From IMG/VR virus record IMGVR_UViG_3300048599_000204: 34,507 nucleotides of DNA, one strand, 5' to 3'. The translations under genes were made by a program, and so were the position numbers. Below, piece by piece: positions 25,702-32,914 of the stretch (positions are counted from its first letter, which is position 1; each line of letters begins with the position of its first letter). Source of the DNA: a virus. The notes below the pieces were generated by a model. That model made no database searches, was not told the origin of the DNA, and saw only the letters and a list, made by a program, of their open reading frames with translations.

Positions 25702-27602
25702 AGTTGTATCTCCTCCGGATGTGTGTCCGCCGGCGTCTCTGGCTGCAGCAGTTCGGCCCACACGCCGCCCTTCGGCTGGGCGAACTCCGCGCCGATCTTC
25801 TTCAGCCAGATCTGCGTCTTCTTCATGTCCCATTGCTGTGAGTCGCCGTCTACCTGGAACTGGCTCCAGCTGGTGCAATGACCTTTGGCTACATGCATCC
25901 AGATCCGCTCCTGGATAGTCAGGGCGTCCAGCGTATCGATCTGGTTCTTGGTGGCATAGGTCGTGAAGCTATCGGCCCGGAACAGGTCGCGCATGAACGC
26001 CGTGTTATGCCATATGTCCTGCGCCGTCATGCGGTAGAAGGCATCTCGCAGTAAATCCATACAAGCTGAGTTTTGTGCCTTGACTGCAGCCCGCTTGGCT
26101 GTCATATCGCCGTGCTCGAGCTCCTGTCGACGCCGTGCCAAGCGTTGGGCCGACGTGCAGCCATAACACATGTTTGGCGCATGCTCCGGATCCGGGCGAA
26201 AGTGTTCATCGCCGGCGCGTTCGTGGTATGCCACCACGAAGCACTTGCACTGCTCCGCGCTGCACATGCCCTTCTCGATCAGCACGCCAGGCGCCTCACC
26301 GTATGCGCCGCGCTTCGTGAACCAGTTCGGTGTCTCGCTGGGCTTGTCCGGCACAAAAACGTTGGCGGCGGGCGCCGGCGTGGAAGTATGCGTCGGCACC
26401 GTGGAAGTATGTTCGGTCATGCTTTGGTCTATGCGATCGCTGCCCGCCGGCGTTTCCCGGGAAACGGTCGGCGCTGCTGGGCGCTGAATGGCCTGCGCCT
26501 GCTGTTCCGCCTGCTGCCGTGCCCATGCCCGATCCTTGGCCACATGGCACGCGCGTTGGCTTGTGCCCACCCACTGGTGCGTGCAGCGCGGGCCGTTCTC
26601 TCCGGAGAACGTCACGTTCCATCGGCATCCCTCGCACGGTCCAACGATGTCGCCGTCCGCCGGCGCTTGCCAGTCATACGGCCAGGCATGGGGATCAAAG
26701 CTGCGAGTGTCGAGATCGCTACCCCAACTCCGCATTTTGTATTTGGTGTTCTTCTTTGGGGCCAGCGGCTCACAGGCGACGATAAGTCCAGCGACATGCT
26801 CTTCAAGGGTTTTGCGCGGCATGGCGCCGAGTTCCGCCGGCGTGCGCTTCACTAGGTGCCAGGCCTCCTTCAGGGCCAGCAGCGTGCGGCCGTGCGTCTC
26901 GCTGAGCACGCCGTTGACGATCGCCTGCTGGTATTCCTCCGGCAGCTCGAGCAGGCGCAGCAGGTTGCTGGCGGCGCTGCGGCTCATGTCCATGGACGCA
27001 GCTGCGTCGGTGATCGTCATGCCCAGCTCGCTGGTTGCCCGCTGCAAGGCCTGCGCCTTCTCGATCGCGCTGATGTCACGGCGGGCAGCGTTCTCGACGA
27101 TGGCCTGCTGCCACAGCTGCGTGTCAGTGAGCGGCACGAGCACGATCGGCATGTCGGCGTATGTCGCCGGGTCGAACTCGCGCCCGTTCCACAAAACCTG
27201 CTCCGTGCCCTCGAGCTGCGGGAAAATGCTCTTGACGCCGGCGGCCAGCACATCGAATGCCAGGCGCCTGCTGTGCCCGAACGCCATTTCGACGACGTAC
27301 TGCGGATCGGCGATATAGCCGCGGATGGCGTCCGGGTTGTCGTAGTCGCCGGCCGGCGGCTGCCAGCTGTCGGCCCAGCGCACGATCCGTCCCATGGGCA
27401 CCTGCTGCAGGCCTCGCGTCTCCGGCAGCGTCGGCTGCAGGTCGATCAGGCTCTTGGCAATGCCCAGCACGTGGTCCGGGTCGTTATACTGCCGCGGCTG
27501 GTAGCTGTTGTCGACGAGGCGGCCCAGCGGCACCAGGTACGTGGCCAGTCCCTGCGTTTCCCGGGAAACGGGCTGCGAGCCCTTGTGCAACAGACTAAGC
27601 AT
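25698..27602 (-). CDS. parB: ParB-family protein (634 aa): ParB N-terminal (CTPase-type) domain plus HTH, fused to a long Cys-rich C-terminal extension
   Basis: YQPRQYNDPDHVLGIAKSL...FGHSRRLAF (GxxRxxA box) and EKAQALQRATSELGMTITDAAASMDMSRSAASNLLRLLELPEEYQQAI (ParB HTH). The ATG at 27602 overlaps the parA stop by 8 nt. Confidence 0.88.
   Translation of the reverse strand: MLSLLHKGSQPVSRETQGLATYLVPLGRLVDNSYQPRQYNDPDHVLGIAKSLIDLQPTLPETRGLQQVPMGRIVRWADSWQPPAGDYDNPDAIRGYIADPQYVVEMAFGHSRRLAFDVLAAGVKSIFPQLEGTEQVLWNGREFDPATYADMPIVLVPLTDTQLWQQAIVENAARRDISAIEKAQALQRATSELGMTITDAAASMDMSRSAASNLLRLLELPEEYQQAIVNGVLSETHGRTLLALKEAWHLVKRTPAELGAMPRKTLEEHVAGLIVACEPLAPKKNTKYKMRSWGSDLDTRSFDPHAWPYDWQAPADGDIVGPCEGCRWNVTFSGENGPRCTHQWVGTSQRACHVAKDRAWARQQAEQQAQAIQRPAAPTVSRETPAGSDRIDQSMTEHTSTVPTHTSTPAPAANVFVPDKPSETPNWFTKRGAYGEAPGVLIEKGMCSAEQCKCFVVAYHERAGDEHFRPDPEHAPNMCYGCTSAQRLARRRQELEHGDMTAKRAAVKAQNSACMDLLRDAFYRMTAQDIWHNTAFMRDLFRADSFTTYATKNQIDTLDALTIQERIWMHVAKGHCTSWSQFQVDGDSQQWDMKKTQIWLKKIGAEFAQPKGGVWAELLQPETPADTHPEEIQL
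26451..26466. promoter_or_regulatory. parS/NBS-like palindrome, copy 3 (inside parB, encodes VSRET)
   Basis: Perfect CGTTTCCCGGGAAACG. Confidence 0.6.
27555..27570. promoter_or_regulatory. parS/NBS-like palindrome, copy 4 (codons 11-16 of parB, encodes VSRET)
   Basis: Perfect CGTTTCCCGGGAAACG. Confidence 0.6.
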
Positions 27603-28317
27603 GCGAGGCCTCCTGCATCTTGCTCCAAACCTTGTCGGCGACTGCGGCGAAGAAGCCGTCGATCTGCTCGTCCGCATCGGTGCCTCTGCGGTAGGGGATA
27701 ACGCCGACGGCGCCGATCTCATTCAGGATGATCTCCACGTGGGTCCGGTGCAGATTGGTGTGGCCCTGTACCTTGTTGATCAGCGCACCGACGACAGCGG
27801 GCGCCTCTCCCAGCTCCTCGCCCAGCCAGTCGATCAGCGCACGTATGCGGCGCATGCCCTCGATGGCGTCCAACTCGGGGTCAAGCACGATGAGCACGTG
27901 GGTGGCCGCCACGAGCGCATTGACGGTGAGGATGTTGGCGGCCGGGCTGCAGTCGACGAGCACCACGCCGTGATCGGATACCGTCCGGAGCGCGCTGGCC
28001 AAGAACTGGTGATTAGGGCTGCGACCTTGGATGGCGGCCGCCGTGTCCTCGAGCTTGATGTCGCTGCCGATGAGGCTCACGCCGCCGGCGCCGAGCTGTG
28101 TGGCGCGCTGCAGCGTGGTGCGGCGCATCATCACGTCGCCGATGCTGTTGGCATTGTTTACGCAGCCGCTCAACACACGCGTGAGGTTCGCCTGCGGGTC
28201 CAAGTCGATGCATAACGGTTGATGGCCCTGGCGCTGCCAGTGGCGGGCCAGGCCGTTGGTTGTCGTGGTTCTACCCACGCCGCCTTTGTTGTTGACTACT
28301 GCGAGTACGGGTGTCAT
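27595..28317 (-). CDS. parA: ParA-family partition ATPase (240 aa) with Arg at the P-loop Lys position
   Basis: The deviant Walker A reads VVNNKGGVGRTT (canonical KGGVGKTT). CIDLDPQANLT follows. ATG 28317 follows AAGGAG. Confidence 0.88.
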   Translation of the reverse strand: MTPVLAVVNNKGGVGRTTTTNGLARHWQRQGHQPLCIDLDPQANLTRVLSGCVNNANSIGDVMMRRTTLQRATQLGAGGVSLIGSDIKLEDTAAAIQGRSPNHQFLASALRTVSDHGVVLVDCSPAANILTVNALVAATHVLIVLDPELDAIEGMRRIRALIDWLGEELGEAPAVVGALINKVQGHTNLHRTHVEIILNEIGAVGVIPYRRGTDADEQIDGFFAAVADKVWSKMQEASHA

Positions 28318-28409
28318 TGTGTTGCTCCTTGCAAATTTTGGCTCGTGTACGGTCACGTTTTGGGCGCTGATCGGTGCCGCCTGCGTTACCGCATGTGTGT
28401 CCAGATGTG

Positions 28410-28871
28410 TTACCGCTTCGATGTGCGGACGGCGCCGCGCGGCAGCCGCACGATCAGGCGCTCAATGCCGCCAGCCTCGACGACCTTGACCGCATGGTCG
28501 ATCGCCTGCAGGCAGTCGGCCACGTCGTCGAGCACGAACGCATCGGCGACGGCCAGCTGGCTGTCGAGCACACGCGCCAGTTTCAGCAGCGCGATCGCCC
28601 ACTGCCAGCGGCGGATGCTCATGCCATAGGAGAGCGCATTACGCCGGGTCACACTGTATCCGGCCGCGCGCCAGCCCACGATCTGGCGGGCGTCGGCGGC
28701 GGCACGATGCAGCAGCCGGCCCTGTTTGCCGTTCTGTGTCATGCGGCGCAATCTCCTATTCTCTGCCTGTACGGTGGCCAGCTTGACATGCGCCTGATCG
28801 AGCTGCAGCTGCAGCAGCGCCGCGTCGTTCTGTGCCGTGATCGCGGCCCGTGCTTGTGCCGTAGTGGTCAT
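28410..28871 (-). CDS. Hypothetical protein (153 aa)
   Basis: ATGA overlap with the upstream gene. Family not recognised. Confidence 0.6.
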   Translation of the reverse strand: MTTTAQARAAITAQNDAALLQLQLDQAHVKLATVQAENRRLRRMTQNGKQGRLLHRAAADARQIVGWRAAGYSVTRRNALSYGMSIRRWQWAIALLKLARVLDSQLAVADAFVLDDVADCLQAIDHAVKVVEAGGIERLIVRLPRGAVRTSKR

Positions 28872-29419
28872 CGTCCACCCTCATTCCGTTCCAGCACCTG
28901 CAGGTAGGCGTCCAGCGCCATGCGGCGCAGCTCCTGTTCGTGGTCCATCTGCCGTTCTACCAGGTAAGCCGTCGTGTCAACTTTGTGGCGTTCCGTGCCC
29001 TCGCGGCTGTAGTCGTAGTCTGTGCGGTTCAGACGGTAGTACGTGTAGGCGGTCAACGCTGTGAATGCCAGCAGCGCCAGCAGGGCGGCGCCTGGCGCAT
29101 TCTGGGCCACCATCAGCACAACTACGAACACAATCACGGACATGAGAGCCCACAGCCCCACGAAGGGCAGCAGCCGCACCCGCAGCGCCTTAGCCCGGTC
29201 CATAGCGCTTGTGCGCTCCTGGGCACCGTCAGCCGTCTCTAGCGCCCGTGTGAGGTCTTGCTGCTGCTGCTGTACCATCCATGCCGGTGCGTCGATGGTG
29301 ATGGGCTGCGCCTTAGCCAGCGGAGCCGGCGCCGCAACGAAATTGCGCTGTGCTGCCCGCTCGCGCTGTAGCTGCAACCACACCTGCGCGGGCGTCTCGT
29401 CTTCGTCGTAGGGGGTCAC
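28868..29419 (-). CDS. Membrane protein (two TM helices, 183 aa)
   Basis: The GTG start overlaps the upstream stop (GTGA). LLPFVGLWALMSVIVFVVVLMV and GAALLALLAFTALTAYTYY. Confidence 0.6.
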   Translation of the reverse strand: MTPYDEDETPAQVWLQLQRERAAQRNFVAAPAPLAKAQPITIDAPAWMVQQQQQDLTRALETADGAQERTSAMDRAKALRVRLLPFVGLWALMSVIVFVVVLMVAQNAPGAALLALLAFTALTAYTYYRLNRTDYDYSREGTERHKVDTTAYLVERQMDHEQELRRMALDAYLQVLERNEGGR

Positions 29420-29823
29420 TTGGCACCCCCTCTCAGCTCCAAGTTGGCGAACCGCGCCGCCGTCCGGTTGGCAACCACGGGCACGGGTGCCGGTGCTACT
29501 ACTACCGGTGTAGGCCAGTCCTCGACGACAAGCGGTAATTCGTCGCCGTCGTCCCAATCGTCTAGATCGTCAACCTCCACTGGTGCCGGAACAATGGCGA
29601 CATGCACGGGTTCATGCCAACCCGCCGGCGGACCTAACACGCGCCGCTGCGAGTGTGGCACGCTTGCCGTGATGTTGGCACGGCGGGATGGGGCACACAG
29701 TGTCGAGTCGTAATCGTCGTCGCCGTATATGTTGGTTCGTTGCCTACTCGCTATGGCAAAAATCAAAATGCCCCATCCCAACAGCACTGCCGCGCCTGTT
29801 GCCAGTAATGTAATCTCGTTCAT
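29416..29823 (-). CDS. N-terminally anchored membrane protein (135 aa), acidic and Pro-rich
   Basis: ITLLATGAAVLLGWGILIFAIA is TM-like. ATGA overlap with the upstream gene. Confidence 0.6.
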   Translation of the reverse strand: MNEITLLATGAAVLLGWGILIFAIASRQRTNIYGDDDYDSTLCAPSRRANITASVPHSQRRVLGPPAGWHEPVHVAIVPAPVEVDDLDDWDDGDELPLVVEDWPTPVVVAPAPVPVVANRTAARFANLELRGGAK

Positions 29824-30203
29824 AGCGCCAACACCCCCACAAGCATCGCAACCACGATCACCACGGCGGCCGCCAACAGCAGCCCACGCCCGCCGCGCCG
29901 TTGCTCCGTCTGCCCGAAACCGCTATCACCTACCACGGGCACGCCGTAGGTCTGCATCAGGTATTGGGCGTAGGGTGCGGCCGCCTCGTTCAGCCGGAAG
30001 ATAAACACGTCGCCAAACAGCTGCCAGCCCCATGTTTCGATGTTGTATTCGTTCATCAGGTCGTTTACTGCATACAGGCTCCAACTGCCGTCTACGTCGA
30101 TGGTAAAGCCCGCGCCGCCGCCGTGCTGCGAATCCTGGTAAAGGGACCATAGGGGCGCAATCCAGTCGAAGGTAGTGCCCGCCTCTAGCATCTTGTCAAT
30201 CAT
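29820..30203 (-). CDS. C-terminally anchored membrane protein (127 aa)
   Basis: C-terminal GLLLAAAVVIVVAMLVGVLAL. ATGA overlap with the upstream gene. Confidence 0.6.
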   Translation of the reverse strand: MIDKMLEAGTTFDWIAPLWSLYQDSQHGGGAGFTIDVDGSWSLYAVNDLMNEYNIETWGWQLFGDVFIFRLNEAAAPYAQYLMQTYGVPVVGDSGFGQTEQRRGGRGLLLAAAVVIVVAMLVGVLAL

Positions 30204-30478
30204 GCCGCACCCCCTGCCGGCTGCAGCTGGGCCTCGCTGGGCACGGTGGCGGCCAGCATCGTCAGCGCGTCGCCGAGCTGGTCGGTAGTGCTGCAGCTGC
30301 GCACCAGGTCGAGCAGATCCGAAAGCTCGATTAGCCCGGCGTCAATGGCTGCGCCGAGTATCGCGCAGACGGCCGTCGTAGCCGTGCACATCCGCCGTGC
30401 TTCGCAGCGCCTGATCAGCTCGCTGGAGATCGGTCCTGGGGCGGGTCGTGTTAAAACGTTGTTGCGAGTGAGTAGCAT
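30200..30478 (-). CDS. Hypothetical protein (92 aa)
   Basis: ATG 30478 follows GGAGA. The upstream extension in the ORF track crosses an intergenic regulatory region. Confidence 0.55.
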   Translation of the reverse strand: MLLTRNNVLTRPAPGPISSELIRRCEARRMCTATTAVCAILGAAIDAGLIELSDLLDLVRSCSTTDQLGDALTMLAATVPSEAQLQPAGGAA

Positions 30479-30493
30479 GTTATTCTCCAATCG

Positions 30494-30522
30494 TTGGATT
30501 GGGCCGCCAGCCATGCTATACT
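30494..30522 (+). promoter_or_regulatory. Strong sigma70-type promoter on the + strand: TTGGAT, 17-nt spacer, TGc-TATACT, antisense to the early operon
   Basis: Read directly. The -10 element sits in the loop of the 11-bp inverted repeat GGCCGCCAGCC (30502-30512) / GGCTGGCGGCC (30525-30535). Confidence 0.5.
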
Positions 30523-30576
30523 GGGGCTGGCGGCCTGTCGGTTGCCTGGAGGCCTGACGTCTGCTTCGCTGCGGTG

Positions 30577-30846
30577 TCAGGCCTTCTTCATTACCACTCG
30601 GTCCGGGAGCACCTCGACTCCATTGGGCCAGCGAATCCATCCAGACTCCAGATCGACCACGGCGCCGGCGTCCTCGAGCGTCACGATGACCTTCGACGGC
30701 ATCGGCAGCGGCTGGCCAGTCTCCCGCGACCATGCTACCAACTCGTGGCGCCGCCGCTCCTCGCGTGCCGCTTGGACCTCATCCAGAAAGACGCTGAATG
30801 CCGCATGGTCGATGCCAGGGCGGAGGAATGTACTGATAGTGTTCAT
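30577..30846 (-). CDS. Hypothetical protein (89 aa)
   Basis: The ATG follows AAGGAGA. The palindrome copy 5 lies 20 nt upstream of its start codon. Confidence 0.6.
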   Translation of the reverse strand: MNTISTFLRPGIDHAAFSVFLDEVQAAREERRRHELVAWSRETGQPLPMPSKVIVTLEDAGAVVDLESGWIRWPNGVEVLPDRVVMKKA

Positions 30847-32033
30847 GCGCTGTCTCCTTGTGATTGCGTTTCCCGGGAAACGGACTCCGGGATGATGAAC
30901 TCGACGAGCGCAGGCCTGCGGGTGATGACCGATAGCTTGCGCACGATCTGCTTACTCAGCCGGTTGCGAACCCAGTCGGCTCGCATCGCATCTGGCAGGA
31001 CAATTCCGAAGGCGTTGGACTCCTCGATGTAGGCCAGCACATACGTGCCGTCCAGCCAGCGGTCGAACGAACCGGCCTGCTCAATTTCGAGCTCCTTGCG
31101 CACCTGCTGCCAGTAGGCCTCGGGGCTGCCTGGCGCCGGCTCAACCGCCTCGGGTGTGGCGGCCGCCGGAGGCGCCTCTTCGTCGGCCAGGCGCTGCGCC
31201 TCGTCGAGCGCCGCCTGCTCGGCCGCCAACTCGTCCGGGGTGCGGTGGTCGCGGTACAGCTCGCAGCGGCGAAACTCGTCCGAGAGGGTGGGGATCGTGA
31301 ACTCGTCCGGCCGGTCCAGCCAGGTGATGACGATCCCTGGCGTCGTCTCAAACCGTCCGCCGGCGGACTTGCGGCCGCAGTACCAGTGCGCAACCGCGTC
31401 CCGGATCTCCCAGAACGGGTGGGCGACGGCCAGGCGCTGGGCGATCTTCGGGCTCACGGTGACGCGTTTGTCCGTGAGGAGCCTATACGAGAGCGGCGCC
31501 TCCCACGGCTGGTGCTTGGTTGGTTTGTTAGTTAGTTCTGCGTTTTGGTTAGGATCAGAACTAACTAACAAACTAACCGCCTGCGCGCTCGCGTATAGGT
31601 CGTGGTCGTTTTCCGCGCGTGGGGTAGTCGTTTTTCGCGCGTGGGATGGTCGTTTTTCGCGCGTGGGGTGGTCGCTGTCGTTTTCGGCAGTTTCCTCATC
31701 GCGCGTGGGATGGTCGTTTTTCGCGCGTGGGATAGTCGTTTTCCGCGCGTGGGATGGTCGTTTTTCGTCACTACTGCGAACCCACGCTTTGAAATTGACG
31801 TAGATCATCCCGTTCCCGTTCGAGCTGTAGTGAATGAGATCTGACGCCTGCAGCAAAGACATGTGCTTGCGTGTGCGTGCGATGCTGATGTGCCCGAACG
31901 CCCGCGCCAGGTCCTCCCACGAGATGGCCACGTGACCATTGTCAGGGTGAGCAAGGCTCAGCAGCGCCAGTGCATTCGCCTTGGTCGTCGGCGGTATATC
32001 GGACTCGTTAATCTCTTCCACTACTTCAATCAT
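30843..32033 (-). CDS. Replication initiator, lambda-O-like organisation (winged-helix N-terminus; origin iterons inside the gene)
   Basis: N-terminal wHTH-like LALLSLAHPDNGHVAISWEDLARAFGHISIARTRKHMSLLQASDLI. A 22-bp iteron array and an AT-rich inverted repeat are embedded at 31523-31765. Confidence 0.6.
   Translation of the reverse strand: MIEVVEEINESDIPPTTKANALALLSLAHPDNGHVAISWEDLARAFGHISIARTRKHMSLLQASDLIHYSSNGNGMIYVNFKAWVRSSDEKRPSHARKTTIPRAKNDHPTRDEETAENDSDHPTREKRPSHARKTTTPRAENDHDLYASAQAVSLLVSSDPNQNAELTNKPTKHQPWEAPLSYRLLTDKRVTVSPKIAQRLAVAHPFWEIRDAVAHWYCGRKSAGGRFETTPGIVITWLDRPDEFTIPTLSDEFRRCELYRDHRTPDELAAEQAALDEAQRLADEEAPPAAATPEAVEPAPGSPEAYWQQVRKELEIEQAGSFDRWLDGTYVLAYIEESNAFGIVLPDAMRADWVRNRLSKQIVRKLSVITRRPALVEFIIPESVSRETQSQGDSA
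30867..30882. promoter_or_regulatory. parS/NBS-like palindrome, copy 5 (3' end of the initiator gene, encodes VSRET; upstream of 30846 start)
   Basis: Perfect CGTTTCCCGGGAAACG. Confidence 0.6.
31523..31573. repeat. AT-rich 18-bp perfect inverted repeat (GTTTGTTAGTTAGTTCTG / CAGAACTAACTAACAAAC) with a 15-nt spacer; candidate DNA-unwinding element
   Basis: Arms at 31523-31540 and 31556-31573. GC is far below the genome average. Confidence 0.8.
31590..31765. repeat. Origin iterons: six 22-bp direct repeats CGCGCGTGGG(G/A)T(A/G)GTCGTTTT(T/C) plus one degenerate leading copy
   Basis: Units at 31614, 31636, 31658 (with insertion), 31700, 31722 and 31744. Degenerate copy at 31590. Confidence 0.85.
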
Positions 32034-32194
32034 GCGTGAACTCGTCTCTCGGGGTGGCTATGGCGGCGTTGTGCCCAACGTGCGAAGTCCTCGACGGCCT
32101 GGCGCACGAGGCGGCGCCGGGTGGCAGGAGACATGACCTGCCAGGCCTTGCGGCGGGCGGCTAGTCGGCGGCGGCGGCCAGCATCTGTTTCCAT
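32030..32194 (-). CDS. Possible small Arg-rich protein (34-54 aa, start uncertain)
   Basis: Its stop overlaps the initiator ATG (ATGA), suggesting coupling. Only the 3' part of track ORF 32030..32425 is free of overlap. Confidence 0.35.
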   Translation of the reverse strand: METDAGRRRRLAARRKAWQVMSPATRRRLVRQAVEDFARWAQRRHSHPERRVHA

Positions 32195-32889
32195 GTCATC
32201 CCCACGCCGGTGCTCAGAGACGGGAAGGAGGGCATCCAGATCGGGCGCTGCTGGTCGTACTGTGCGATAGTCAGCGTCTCGCCTGGCGGCAGCTCCAGCT
32301 GCAGTTCCTTGATTACCGCTAGCGCGATCACGCGCTTGTCGTCGAGGTTGACTACCCGCCATGCGCCCCTGCCCACGTCGAGGTTGCGGGCGATCTTCAG
32401 GCTCGTGTCGTCGAGCATGCCCCATGTGAACTTGAACGGCTTGCGGTCGTTGGCGGCCGGCTTGGTTGCCGCCATAGTAGGGTCCGGCTGGGTCTCCGCG
32501 GCGGACGCTTCGTGGGCGGCCTGGCTGTCGAAGGCAGGCGCCTGCAAAGTGACCTGGTGTGTGGTCTTCCCGGCGCTGATGCTGGTCGGCTGCGTGCCGT
32601 TGGTGTGAATGACGACGGGTGCCTGGCTGGTCTTGACGTTGGCCAGCAGCGCCGGCAGGGCGGTATCCTGCTGCTGCACGCTCTCAGCCTCCCGCAGCTC
32701 GTTGCGCAGCAGCTCGATTTGGGTGGCCATGTCGGCCGCCGTCGCCTCGTAACCGGTGGCCAGCTCGCGCAGGGCCAGGTGCATGGCGGTCCGGATGGCG
32801 AGCTGCTGGGCGGTGCTCAGTCCCAGGATGTCGGCTACGCCGTCGGCGTAGTGGAAAACGATACTGTGTTGGTCACGTGCGTAGTTCAT
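32161..32889 (-). CDS. Hypothetical protein (242 aa)
   Basis: ATG 32889 follows AGAGGA. The N-terminal helical region and C-terminal domain are not recognised. Confidence 0.65.
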   Translation of the reverse strand: MNYARDQHSIVFHYADGVADILGLSTAQQLAIRTAMHLALRELATGYEATAADMATQIELLRNELREAESVQQQDTALPALLANVKTSQAPVVIHTNGTQPTSISAGKTTHQVTLQAPAFDSQAAHEASAAETQPDPTMAATKPAANDRKPFKFTWGMLDDTSLKIARNLDVGRGAWRVVNLDDKRVIALAVIKELQLELPPGETLTIAQYDQQRPIWMPSFPSLSTGVGMTWKQMLAAAAD

Positions 32890-32914
32890 GATGTCCTCTG
32901 AAGTGGATAGTGCG

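Noticed and set aside
28385-28416. Direct repeat GTTACCGC (28385-28392 and 28409-28416) upstream of parA as a ParA operator
   Set aside because: It is only 8 bp in two copies, one of them inside the upstream ORF's end. That is too weak to distinguish from chance without comparative data.
31590-31765. The 22-bp repeat array as a CRISPR array
   Set aside because: The repeats are contiguous with no unique spacers of CRISPR length. They lie inside an intact ORF next to an AT-rich element, and there are no cas genes. Origin iterons fit better.
32195-32425. 5' two thirds of track ORF 32030..32425 (-)
   Set aside because: It overlaps the better-supported gene 32161..32889 in another frame and is extremely Arg-rich. 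Only the short 3' part that couples to the initiator start is kept, as a low-confidence CDS.
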